DNA of 64,000 nucleotides, taken from an uncultured Verrucomicrobiaceae bacterium (lineage in GTDB: Bacteria; Pseudomonadota; Gammaproteobacteria; Pseudomonadales; CAMLJR01). Position 1 is the first letter of the stretch. Every line of letters begins with the position of its first letter. Below the pieces are notes generated by a model that worked only from the letters and a program-made list of their open reading frames with translations, was not told the DNA's origin and made no database searches. The stretch lies in assembly GCA_964638025.1 (NCBI GenBank), contig CAZWXW010000008.1, positions 12,285-76,284 on the forward strand. The letters run 5' to 3'. Made by a program: the position numbers and the translations under genes. Shown here piece by piece: positions 18,949 to 28,095 of the stretch.

Positions 18949-19368
18949 TCAGTCGAATAAGCGTGCACCGAATACCTGTACCCAGTAGTGGTGCATCTGC
19001 TGCCAGTCGGGGTCGACGCTGCAGTGGCCGAGGCCGGTCTCGGTAAAGTCGGCGCCCAGAATGTTGGCGCGGTGCCCCTCGCTCTGCATCCACCAGTCGA
19101 ACACGGCGGCAACGTCGTCGAGGCCGGCGGAGATATTTTCGCCCGCCCAGCGATAGCGGTAGCCGCTGTCGTTCAGGCGTTCGCCGACAGCGCGATGCTG
19201 GCGATCGACGTGATCGAAATAGCCCTGCGTTGCCATCGCCTGCGCGTGCCGTTGCGCCACCGCCGCAAGCTGTGCCGACCACTGCAGCGGCGCGACGCCG
19301 TGTGCCTGGCGCGCGTTGTTGCACAGCGCCAGCAGCTGTTGGTCACGGCTGGCCGGATCATTGTTCAC
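18949..19368 (-). CDS. CAP/SCP/PR1-like domain protein (YkwD-like)
   Basis: 'LQWSAQLAAVAQRHAQAMATQGYFDH' and 'AGENISAG...WMQSEGHRANIL'. GTG start with an AAGGAG Shine-Dalgarno 6 nt upstream. No signal peptide is evident from that start. Confidence 0.7.
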   Translation of the reverse strand: MNNDPASRDQQLLALCNNARQAHGVAPLQWSAQLAAVAQRHAQAMATQGYFDHVDRQHRAVGERLNDSGYRYRWAGENISAGLDDVAAVFDWWMQSEGHRANILGADFTETGLGHCSVDPDWQQMHHYWVQVFGARLFD

Positions 19369-19543
19369 GCGTTTCTCCTTGTTGGACGTTGGATCGCGCT
19401 TCGTCGAAACCCTCGATAAGGGGTACGAGGCGATCCGGCACCGTTCGCGCAAGCCGGCAAATATTTGTATTTCCATCGGCACATTCGGGTGGCGGCCGAC
19501 TATGCTGCTCTGGCTCGATCGGTAATTGGGCATGAGCAGCATA

Positions 19544-19627
19544 GTCGTAAGGCGATCAGCCTATAAAACAGTCGTAAGGCGGTCGGCCCATAAAACAACA
19601 GCAGTAAGGCAATCGGTCTATAAAGAC
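19544..19627. repeat. Three tandem imperfect 27-30-bp direct repeats
   Basis: GTCGTAAGGCGATCAGCCTATAAAACA / GTCGTAAGGCGGTCGGCCCATAAAACAACA / GCAGTAAGGCAATCGGTCTATAAAGAC, lying in a divergent intergenic region. Confidence 0.8.
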
Positions 19628-19760
19628 GTGTCCATCCGTGGACTGATAACAACAGCCAACGATGCAGCTGTTCGACGGTAGGAATCAGGTCGCCGCATCC
19701 GGGCTCCCCGCCCCGCGTCGCCAGACCGTGATACCGCTGCGCAACTAACGGAGTAGTTCC

Positions 19761-22700
19761 ATGTCCGGCTCAAACCCGGATACCTATGCCGGCGCGCCAA
19801 CCCAGCACCGCCGCCTGCTCCTCACCCTCGACACCTATGCCCGCCAGGAGCTGGAGGTGTTGCTGGTGCATCTGCTCGACGAGGCCGAGATCGTCCTTGT
19901 CGATTCCGCGTTTTCGAACCGCTCGACACAGCACCGCCTGCAGGCACTGGAGGCGGTTGGCGCGCTGCGGCGACTGAAGATGCAGCCGCCGAACCTGTGT
20001 CGCGCGGCCTGTTTCGTGGCGGTTGCTGCAGCCACGTCGACAAGCGCCGCGCCGGATGATGCCGAGCTGCAGGCCAGCCATCAGCTCGCGCTGGTCGCGC
20101 TCGACGAGTTCGAGGTGCAGCTGGCGCTGCGCAAGGCCATTCGCCACGGCAGCGAGCGCTGCGAGCTGGCACAGTTGGCATTGATGCGGCGGCTCGGTCA
20201 TCTGCTGCAGCGCGAACTCGATGAATCCGTCTTTCCGCTCGCCATCCCGACGCTGCTGCAGGCGCTGTGCCGGGAACTGCTCGCCGCCGGCATCGATGTG
20301 ACGCTGCTGCCGGTATTGCTCGGCGTCGCCCGGCGCACCCTGATCGACGGTCTGGCCCAGCTCTACGACGAACTGAACGAGCGGCTGAAGCAGGTCGGCG
20401 TGCTGCCCGGGTTCGAGATCGACCAGTGGCCAGCGCTGCAGCGCGCCCGCAGTCAGTCGTCATCACCGGAGGAAGGGGCAGCGAAGGAAGGCGCACGGGA
20501 GGAGCAGCCGCGGGAGGAGGCGCTGCCGCCTGATGCAGTGCCGGAGAGCGTCGAGGCGGCCGACCCGGCCCCGGCGGTCTACCGCGCCTCGCAGCAGTTG
20601 CTGCAATTGCTGCACGAAGTGGCGCCAGGCGGACACGAAGCCGTCGAGCTGCTCGGTTCCGAAGGCGTCATCGATGTGCTGTCGGCACTGCAGTCGCAGC
20701 CGGGCAGGGCGGCATTGAGCCGGCCGCTGCTGGCGCGGGTCGAGGAGTATCTGGCGGCGCAGGGGCTCGAGCGCGCGCTGCCGCAGCAGAGCGCTGCGCA
20801 GATCCAGCTCTCGGAGCATGTCATCGAGATGCTGGCGCGACTGCTGCGTGATCTGCCGGAGCTGCAGCAGCTGGTGCGACGGTTGGAGATTCCACTGGCC
20901 GCAGCGTCGCTGGCCGACACGACGCTGTTCGAGCATCCGGAGCACCCCGCCCACCATCTGGTCAACACGATGGGCGAGCTGTCGGCCTATCGCAGCCAGA
21001 TCGATGGCGCCCTCGGCGCCCGCATCGCCGACATCCTGACGCCGGTTACCGCCAGCGTGCCCTGCGCCGAGACGCAGCTGGCCGAGGCGAACCGCGCCCT
21101 GACCGCGCTCAGCGAGCGCCAGCGCAAGGCGCGGGACAAGAGCATTCAACGGCTGGTCGAGGCCTGCGAGGGGCAGCAGCGGCTGTTGCAGGCCGGCAAC
21201 GCCGTCGACCGCGAGCTGTACAAGCGGCTGGCGCATGTCGACGTGGCGCGCCCGCTGATCAACCTGGTGGAGAACGGCTGGCGCGAGCTGCTGCGCCTGA
21301 CCTGGCTGCGCGACGGCGTGGACAGCGCGGCGTGGAGCGAGGCGCTCGGCATGCTCGACGAGCTGCTGTGGTGGTTCAGCCGGCTCGACAAGACGATGCG
21401 TCAGGGCGATGAGGCCCAGAGCGGTGATTCGCAGGCGTGGATGACCGAGGTCGCGCTGCTCAGCGAGCGCGTGCAGCAGCGGCTGCAGCGCAGCTTTCCG
21501 GTCGATTTTCGCCATGGCGAACTGGTCGATGCGGTGCGCGCGGTGTTGAGTCGCGAGCGGCCGCTGCAGCTGGAGCAGGGGCCGTTCGCCTTCCAGCCGC
21601 GGCCGGCCCGGGTCAAGGGCTTGCTGCGCGCCGAGCTGGAGCACGCCTACCCGGAACTGACGCCGTGGCTGCGCCGGTTGCGCGACTATCGCACCGGGGA
21701 AACCTTCGCCTACACCGACGATCGCAGCGGCATGCAGCACACGCTGGTCTGGATCAGCGCGGACCACCAGAATTTCGTCTTCGTCGACAACGCCGGCAGC
21801 AAGTCGCTCGATCTCGACATCGTCGATTTTGCGCGCGAGCTGTCGCGCGGTCTCAAGCCGCTGGCGGACAGCGATCGCCAGCCGCTGGTCAATCGCGCCA
21901 TTGCCGATTCGGCGCAGAGTGCCTTCGAGCAGATCATCGATCGGCAGTCGGTCGACGAGATCACCGGTCTGCTGAACCGCCGCTATTTCGAGGAGAAGGT
22001 GCACAGCGCGGTGCTGCGCGCGCGCAGCCAGCAGCAGCGCTATACGCTGCTCTACATCGATGTCGACCACTTCGCGGTGGTCAACCAGCTCTACGGTCAC
22101 GTTGCCGGTGACGAGCTGCTGCGTCGGGTCGGCATCACGCTGGCGCAGGTCGCCGGCAGCGATGCTGAAATTGCGCGCCTGATGGGCAATGAGTTCGCGC
22201 TGCTGATACCGACCGAGCGCAGTCGCGCCGCGCAGCTTGCCGATGCGATGCGCGAGCAGGTGCGGCAGACCGTGTATCACCTCGCGGCCGGCAATGCCGA
22301 GGTAACGCTCAGCATCGGCGCGGTGGAGATCGACAAGTTCGCCGAGAATGCAGCCACTGTTCTGCGCGACGCCCTGTTCGCCTGTTCCGAGGCGAAAACA
22401 CATGGCCGCGACCAGCTGCAGCTGTTCGAAGGCAGCGACGAGACGATCCTGCGTCGGGACCGGATGCTGCACTGGATCAACCAGCTGGGCGAGCTGCTCG
22501 ATGAGCAGGCGCTGGCGTTGCGGGTGCAGCCGATCGTCGCCGTTGGCGATATCGCGCGGGTCAGCCACTACGAAGTGCTGCTGGGGCTGCGCGGTGAAAA
22601 TGGCGAGCTGGGTTCGCCGATCGAATTCATCGAGGCCGCCGAGCGCTACGGCAGCATGCGCCGGGTCGACCGCTGGGTGATCGATCAGGCGCTGGCGTGG

Positions 22701-23255
22701 CTGGGCGCGGCGGTCCGCCGCCATGCGCGACCGCTGTCGCTGGCGATCAACCTGTCGGCCAACAGCCTCAACGATCCGTCGCTGGCCGATTTTCTGTTCG
22801 AGCGCTTTGGCGCGCATGGCGTGGCGCCGAGGCTGGTCTGTTTCGAAATCACCGAGACGGCGACCATCGACAACCTGATCAGTACCGCCGACTTCATTCG
22901 TCGCGTCAAACGGCTCGGCTGCTCGTTCGCACTCGACGATTTCGGTACCGGGCGCTGCTCCTACGAATACCTGAAGCAGCTTCCCGTCGACTACCTGAAG
23001 ATCGATGGCGCCTTCATCGAGAGCATCAACGACAGCGCCGAGGACCTGCTGATCGTGCGCTCGATCAATGAGATCGCCCATGCCATGGGGATTCGGACCA
23101 TCGCCGAGTATGTCTCCAGCGACGCCGTGCTGGCGCGGCTGGTCGAGATTGGCGTCGATTTCGCGCAGGGCTTCGCCATCGGTCGGCCGGTGGCGATCGA
23201 TGCCATCGACGCGGATATCGCGCGGATGAACCCGTCTGCGGCGTCGTATCAATAA
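19761..23255 (+). CDS. DUF1631-like N-terminal region fused to a degenerate GGDEF domain and an EAL domain
   Basis: 1164 aa. The GGDEF position reads 'RLMGNEFALL'. EAL-domain blocks are 'YEVLLGL', 'AINLSANS', 'CFEITETA', 'DDFGTGRCSYEYL', 'LKIDGAFI' and 'FAQGFAIGRP'. Confidence 0.85.
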   Translation: MSGSNPDTYAGAPTQHRRLLLTLDTYARQELEVLLVHLLDEAEIVLVDSAFSNRSTQHRLQALEAVGALRRLKMQPPNLCRAACFVAVAAATSTSAAPDDAELQASHQLALVALDEFEVQLALRKAIRHGSERCELAQLALMRRLGHLLQRELDESVFPLAIPTLLQALCRELLAAGIDVTLLPVLLGVARRTLIDGLAQLYDELNERLKQVGVLPGFEIDQWPALQRARSQSSSPEEGAAKEGAREEQPREEALPPDAVPESVEAADPAPAVYRASQQLLQLLHEVAPGGHEAVELLGSEGVIDVLSALQSQPGRAALSRPLLARVEEYLAAQGLERALPQQSAAQIQLSEHVIEMLARLLRDLPELQQLVRRLEIPLAAASLADTTLFEHPEHPAHHLVNTMGELSAYRSQIDGALGARIADILTPVTASVPCAETQLAEANRALTALSERQRKARDKSIQRLVEACEGQQRLLQAGNAVDRELYKRLAHVDVARPLINLVENGWRELLRLTWLRDGVDSAAWSEALGMLDELLWWFSRLDKTMRQGDEAQSGDSQAWMTEVALLSERVQQRLQRSFPVDFRHGELVDAVRAVLSRERPLQLEQGPFAFQPRPARVKGLLRAELEHAYPELTPWLRRLRDYRTGETFAYTDDRSGMQHTLVWISADHQNFVFVDNAGSKSLDLDIVDFARELSRGLKPLADSDRQPLVNRAIADSAQSAFEQIIDRQSVDEITGLLNRRYFEEKVHSAVLRARSQQQRYTLLYIDVDHFAVVNQLYGHVAGDELLRRVGITLAQVAGSDAEIARLMGNEFALLIPTERSRAAQLADAMREQVRQTVYHLAAGNAEVTLSIGAVEIDKFAENAATVLRDALFACSEAKTHGRDQLQLFEGSDETILRRDRMLHWINQLGELLDEQALALRVQPIVAVGDIARVSHYEVLLGLRGENGELGSPIEFIEAAERYGSMRRVDRWVIDQALAWLGAAVRRHARPLSLAINLSANSLNDPSLADFLFERFGAHGVAPRLVCFEITETATIDNLISTADFIRRVKRLGCSFALDDFGTGRCSYEYLKQLPVDYLKIDGAFIESINDSAEDLLIVRSINEIAHAMGIRTIAEYVSSDAVLARLVEIGVDFAQGFAIGRPVAIDAIDADIARMNPSAASYQ

Positions 23256-23266
23256 TCCAATCCGCA

Positions 23267-23725
23267 TCAATCCGTTGCGGCGGGCGGTTGCAGGGCGTGG
23301 TGATACTCGTCGATCAGCGCGCGCAGCAGTGTCTCGTTGCTGCGGCGCAGCTTCTCCAGCTCGTCGCGCGCCGCGCGTTCTCCAGCCGCGGCGACCGGCT
23401 CGGTAATCCGGCGCACATCGTCCGCCATCGCCTGCACCTCCTGCAGGGCGCGCGGATCCTCCAGCTGCTGCTCCAGCAAGCGGGCCATCTGCAGTACCAG
23501 ATCGGTCAGCTTGCCGAGCTGTTTGCCGGGGCTGGCGACGGTGGTGTAGATGGTCTGCTCCAGCGCCGCATTGCCGCGGTAGAGCGTCGGTGCTTCCCAT
23601 ACCGTATGCGGCTGGTAGGTGAAGCCGCCGATATCGCCGCTGCCGGGCAGGCGGATCGACGTTGGGGTGCGCAGTGCGGCGCTCATCGCCTGCAGCCAGG
23701 CCTCGAACAGATTCTGCGTAGACAT
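23267..23725 (-). CDS. Hypothetical protein (152 aa)
   Basis: Start MSTQNLF preceded by GGAGA. High GC3. No family recognised. Confidence 0.55.
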   Translation of the reverse strand: MSTQNLFEAWLQAMSAALRTPTSIRLPGSGDIGGFTYQPHTVWEAPTLYRGNAALEQTIYTTVASPGKQLGKLTDLVLQMARLLEQQLEDPRALQEVQAMADDVRRITEPVAAAGERAARDELEKLRRSNETLLRALIDEYHHALQPPAATD

Positions 23726-24004
23726 ATCGCTATCTCCTGAAGAACCTTCTCCTGAAAAGCCATCTCCCGAAGAACTGCCCCGCATCGTTGTGGAGTGGCG
23801 GTATCGCGATTGATAACGAGCCCGATCCCGAGGTCAATCAGGTACCGATTCGAGTCCAGATATTTGGACTTCAGATTCTTGCGTTTTCGTAATGTGTCGG
23901 AAAATTTTGCACGATATATCCTCGCATCGAGTTAGTGGTTCGCTGCTCAGGGAGCCGTATGTCGCGGCGGCAACATAATTTTAATAACTAGCGGGGACAT
24001 CAAT

Positions 24005-26383
24005 ATGAACCAGTCAGTCGTTGGGTATCGCCCGATCGCCGTGGCGGTACGTCATGCGTTGAGAAATGGGGGGACATTGAGGAAAGGGGCGATCACCGCC
24101 GCCTTGTCGATTTCGATGTTGCCATTCGGCGGTCTTGCGCAGGCGCAGGAAGCAGCGGCAGCGCCGCAACACGAGGGGCGCTCGGCTATCGAGGAGGTGC
24201 TGGTGACGGCGCGGCGGCGTGAAGAGAATGCGCAGTCCGTGCCGATTGCCGTCAATGCATTCGGCGCGGAGACGCTGCAGGATTTTCGCGTCGAGAAGAT
24301 GGAGGACCTGAAAACCATCGCGCCATCGCTCTCCGTCAGTTCGTCGTCCGGCCGCGCCAATTCGCCGGTCTACTCGCTGCGCGGCGTGCGTCCGACCGAA
24401 GCGCTGTATGGCCAGGATCCGACCGTTGCCATCTATTTTGCCGATGTGGTGCTGTCGCCGGCGAAGGGCAGCAACCTCGGCATGTATGACCTCGGTTCGG
24501 TGCAGATATTGAAAGGGCCGCAGGGCACGCTGTTCGGTCGCAACACCACCGGTGGCGCCATCCTGCTGACACCGAAGCGCCCCGGCGATGTGCTCGCTGG
24601 CGAAGTGACACTCGGCTATGGCAACTACGACCGCAACGAAACGCAGTTCGGCATCGATCTGCCGGTGGCCGACAATTTCAAGGTGCGCGTCGCCGGCCGC
24701 ACCGTGGACAGCGACGGCTTCCAGACCAACGTCGCCGACAACCAGCTCAACGGCGACAAACTCGGCGGCCGTCGCGATCGCTCCGGTCGTATCACCGCTG
24801 TCTGGAACATCAGCGACAGTATCGAGAACGACACCATCCTGACCTGGGACGAGATGTACATCGACGGTCGCGGCCATGTGTTGCAGGCGGTCAATCCGGA
24901 CGCGTTTACCGGTGCGAACATCGCGACCTACTACGTGCCGCTGTCGCAGACGCTGGAGCGTGCGCGCCACCGCAGCAACACCAAGATCGAATCCGACCTG
25001 CAGCAATCCAGCGAGGTCGAAGTGTGGGGTGTGTTCAACACCACCACGTTCGATCTCAGTGAGGATCTGACGCTCAAGAGCATCTTTGGCTATCGCGACA
25101 TGCAGGCCTACGAGGTGGTCGATCTCGACGGCTCGGCGGTGCTGCCGCAAGTGGTCTCTTCCGACCAGACCTCGACGCTGAACCACGGCAGCTACGAGTT
25201 GCAGCTGCTCGGCAAGGCGTTCGACAACAAACTCGACTGGGTGACCGGGCTCTACTACTACTACGAGGATGGCATCGAGGATTCGCCCGGCTACAACCGG
25301 GGCGTGCGCGTTCTGCAGACGGCCGACATGACCAACCAGAGTTTCTCGCTGTTCGCGCAGGGCACCTACCACTTTAGCGACCAGTGGTCGGCCACCGGCG
25401 GTGTGCGCTGGACCTACGACGACAAGGAGATGACGATCGCCAACCGCGCGATTGCCGGCGGCTCTACCCTGTGCACGATGTTCGACAACAACAACGTGCG
25501 CCTGCCGCCCGACCAGTGTTCGGTCAAGTCGGATGCGTCGTTCGATCAGCCGACCGGCACCGCGTCGATCGAATACAAGCCCAACGACGAGATGCTGTTC
25601 TATATCGCCAGTCGTTACGGTTATCGCGCCGGTGGTTTCAACGCGCGCGCTTCGCGTTATGCCGAGCGCGAGCCGTTCGATCCGGAGACCGTGCTGGACC
25701 TGGAGTTCGGTTCGAAGATCGACTGGTTCGTCGGCGACTGGCAGATGCGCAGCAACGTCGCTCTCTATCAGCAGTGGTATGACGACATCCAGCGCACGGT
25801 GGGCGTCAATAGCGGAGGTATTCCGGGTTCGTCGATCCAGAACGCGGCGAAAGCGGAGATTTTCGGTATCGAAATCGACCAGACCATCGCGCCGACCGAG
25901 AATCTGAGTTTCACCATCAGCTACATCTTCACCGATCCGGAATACAAGGAGTGGGTAAACCCGGCAACGGGCGCCGATCTTTCCAACACGCCGTTCCAGT
26001 TCACTCCCGAGCACGCGGCCAGCATCACCGCCAACTACACCTGGCCGCTGGGTGAAGCCGGATCGCTGCGCTTCACGGCGGGTGCGTCCTATCAGGATGA
26101 TGTCTGGATCAACTCGCTGCAGACCAGCGCGGATATCGCCGCTATTCCCGAGAGTGTGCACTCGACGATGCAACAGGAAGCGTACTGGCTCTACGACGCC
26201 AGCGTGGCGTGGAACGAGGTGATGGGCGGGCCGCTCGATATCACCGCCTTCGTCAAGAACCTCACCGATGAGGAGTATTCACTCGGCGGCATCCAGCTCT
26301 ACCACAACGCCAGCGTCGGCCTTAATACCAAGGTGTTTGGCGATCCGCGTACCTACGGCCTGCAGTTCAGGTTCCGCTTCTGA
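24005..26383 (+). CDS. TonB-dependent receptor
   Basis: Signal peptide. Plug-domain blocks 'IEEVLVTARRREENAQSVPIAV' and 'ILKGPQGTLFGRNTTGGAI'. C-terminal beta-barrel ending 'YGLQFRFRF'. Confidence 0.92.
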   Translation: MNQSVVGYRPIAVAVRHALRNGGTLRKGAITAALSISMLPFGGLAQAQEAAAAPQHEGRSAIEEVLVTARRREENAQSVPIAVNAFGAETLQDFRVEKMEDLKTIAPSLSVSSSSGRANSPVYSLRGVRPTEALYGQDPTVAIYFADVVLSPAKGSNLGMYDLGSVQILKGPQGTLFGRNTTGGAILLTPKRPGDVLAGEVTLGYGNYDRNETQFGIDLPVADNFKVRVAGRTVDSDGFQTNVADNQLNGDKLGGRRDRSGRITAVWNISDSIENDTILTWDEMYIDGRGHVLQAVNPDAFTGANIATYYVPLSQTLERARHRSNTKIESDLQQSSEVEVWGVFNTTTFDLSEDLTLKSIFGYRDMQAYEVVDLDGSAVLPQVVSSDQTSTLNHGSYELQLLGKAFDNKLDWVTGLYYYYEDGIEDSPGYNRGVRVLQTADMTNQSFSLFAQGTYHFSDQWSATGGVRWTYDDKEMTIANRAIAGGSTLCTMFDNNNVRLPPDQCSVKSDASFDQPTGTASIEYKPNDEMLFYIASRYGYRAGGFNARASRYAEREPFDPETVLDLEFGSKIDWFVGDWQMRSNVALYQQWYDDIQRTVGVNSGGIPGSSIQNAAKAEIFGIEIDQTIAPTENLSFTISYIFTDPEYKEWVNPATGADLSNTPFQFTPEHAASITANYTWPLGEAGSLRFTAGASYQDDVWINSLQTSADIAAIPESVHSTMQQEAYWLYDASVAWNEVMGGPLDITAFVKNLTDEEYSLGGIQLYHNASVGLNTKVFGDPRTYGLQFRFRF

Positions 26384-26395
26384 CGTTGATTGATC

Positions 26396-26421
26396 GACCG
26401 CGGCGCAGGCTGGCCGCGGTC
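26396..26421 (+). terminator. Rho-independent terminator after the TonB-dependent receptor gene
   Basis: 9-bp stem GACCGCGGC/GCCGCGGTC, 8-nt loop, followed by GCTTTTCTCC. Confidence 0.7.
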
Positions 26422-26507
26422 GCTTTTCTCCCGCAATTTTTCACCACGCTTTCCCGGTACTCGATCGCGTAATATTCGCGGCATCGAAAATCAGCGGAGC
26501 GGCGCCC

Positions 26508-27227
26508 ATGCATTCCAGCAAGATCGAATACACCGACGGCAAGACAACATTCATCGGGCAGATCTATCGGGACGAGTCACTCGGCGGCAAGCGCCCGGGT
26601 GTCGTTGTTTTTCCCGAGGCGTTCGGGTTGAACGATCACGCGCGCCAGCGCGCCGAGCGGCTGGCGCGACTCGGATACGTTGCACTGGCGGCAGACGTGA
26701 TTGGCGAGGGCGCCGTGTTTGCGGATATTCCCAGTGTTGCGCCGGTCATGCAGGGGCTGTTCGCCGACCGGGCGGGGTGGCGGGCACGGGCGCGTGCCGC
26801 GCTCGATGCGCTGGCGGCACAACCGCAGGTGGATGCCGGCAAGCTGGCTGCCATCGGTTTCTGTTTCGGCGGTGCGACCGCACTGGAACTGGCTCGCAGC
26901 GGCGCGCCGCTGGCGGCGATCACGACGTTTCATGCCGGCCTGGTTCCCGAGTTGCCGGAGGACGCGGGGCGCAATCGGGCGAAGGTGCTGATCTGCCACG
27001 GTGCCGCGGACCCGCTGGTCAAGAGGGAGGTCGTCGATGCGGTGATGGCGGAGTTTCAGCGCGATGGGATCGACTGGCAATTCATCCACTACGGCAACAC
27101 GGCGCACAGCTTCAGCGATCCCGAGGCGGATCAGCGCGGTATTCCCGGGCTGGCTTACAACCGGAGCGCGGATCAGCGCTCCTGGGCGGCGATGCGCGGC
27201 TTTTTTGAAGAGACATTTGGTCAGTAG
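26508..27227 (+). CDS. Dienelactone hydrolase family protein
   Basis: 'GVVVFPEAFGLNDH', the nucleophile-region block 'AIGFCFGG', and 'HGAADPLV...HYGNTAHSF'. Confidence 0.82.
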   Translation: MHSSKIEYTDGKTTFIGQIYRDESLGGKRPGVVVFPEAFGLNDHARQRAERLARLGYVALAADVIGEGAVFADIPSVAPVMQGLFADRAGWRARARAALDALAAQPQVDAGKLAAIGFCFGGATALELARSGAPLAAITTFHAGLVPELPEDAGRNRAKVLICHGAADPLVKREVVDAVMAEFQRDGIDWQFIHYGNTAHSFSDPEADQRGIPGLAYNRSADQRSWAAMRGFFEETFGQ

Positions 27228-27243
27228 ATTGGACTAAATAAAT

Positions 27244-27281
27244 CAGCGGCACTGTTTGCTGTTTGCAATGCAGTGCCGCTG
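27244..27281. terminator. Hairpin between convergent genes (putative bidirectional terminator)
   Basis: 11-bp stem CAGCGGCACTG/CAGTGCCGCTG with a 16-nt loop. AT-rich flanks. Confidence 0.5.
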
Positions 27282-27321
27282 TTGATGCCGGGCGCGATGC
27301 CCTTTGCTCGATGAAACAGCC

Positions 27322-27996
27322 TCAGTCGGCAGGCGCTGTTTCCAGCTTCTCGACGCTGGCGGCGATGGCGTTGCTGACGGTGATCACCACCTGCTTGCCG
27401 ACATAATCCGATGACAAGGCGACGTCGTCGCGCACCTTCACCACGCGGCTGCTGCCGTCATTGAATTTCAGCGTGGCCGTGCGCTGTACCTCATCGAGCG
27501 ATTCCACGGTAGCTGTCACCTGGCTGCTTTCGGCGACCAGGAAACCCGGTGCTTCACCTTTGGCTGCCTGGGCGGCCATGCCACCCTGCTGATCGGTGGC
27601 GGTGCCGGGCTCCTCCACGGAGATGACGGTTTCGCGTGCGGCGGCGATCTTGACGTGGTCACCGACCTGTACCTGATCGAAGTTGACCCGCTCCGGCGGT
27701 ACATAGACCTGACGCTGGTGTCCGGCCTCGTCTTCCAGCACGACGAGACGTTTCTCCCGGTTGAGATCAACGATCGTGGCTTCGAGTGTTTCCACTTCCG
27801 AGTAGACCCCGCCCGGAACGCCGTCGATCTGGGTTTCGACAATGGCGGTTTCGGTGTCCAGCTGTTCGCTGGGCGGGTTGTGCGCGGCGGGCGTCGACTC
27901 GGCCGCCGTGGCGGGAGTCTCGTCTCGCTTGCAGGCCGTCAGCAGAATCAGGGCGGAGAGGATGGAGGCGTGACAGATAAGTCGGGTGGTAGCCAT
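27322..27996 (-). CDS. Hypothetical lipoprotein
   Basis: Lipobox 'LLTAC' after a hydrophobic leader. Start chosen at MATTRL (GGAG lies 8 nt upstream). Confidence 0.65.
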   Translation of the reverse strand: MATTRLICHASILSALILLTACKRDETPATAAESTPAAHNPPSEQLDTETAIVETQIDGVPGGVYSEVETLEATIVDLNREKRLVVLEDEAGHQRQVYVPPERVNFDQVQVGDHVKIAAARETVISVEEPGTATDQQGGMAAQAAKGEAPGFLVAESSQVTATVESLDEVQRTATLKFNDGSSRVVKVRDDVALSSDYVGKQVVITVSNAIAASVEKLETAPAD

Positions 27997-28095
27997 GGAT
28001 AACACTCCTTTGAACCATTGAGCTTCGGGGATGAATTGAGCTGCGAGTAAGCCGCAGCCATTCTTCCACTTCTCCGGCGATTCTCCAATGGCTCT

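Noticed and set aside
20463-23600. Very long antisense ORFs opposite well-supported genes. Examples: 20463..23600 (-), 24014..26173 (-), 28105..30303 (+), 13784..15538 (+), 15542..16876 (+), 49793..52045 (-), 6310..7620 (-), 4620..5771 (-), 41017..42309 (-).
   Set aside because: - Their translations are Arg/Ala/Gly/Pro-rich low-complexity strings with no recognisable motifs.
- The opposite strand encodes clear family members in each case.
- Long open antisense frames are expected at this GC content.
23975-23990. AT-rich ATAATTTTAATAACTA upstream of the TonB-dependent receptor gene as a Fur box. I also looked for a riboswitch in the 190-nt leader.
   Set aside because: - It matches the 19-bp Fur consensus GATAATGATAATCATTATC only loosely and has no dyad symmetry.
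- I could not find a B12-box or TPP-type conserved core in the leader.
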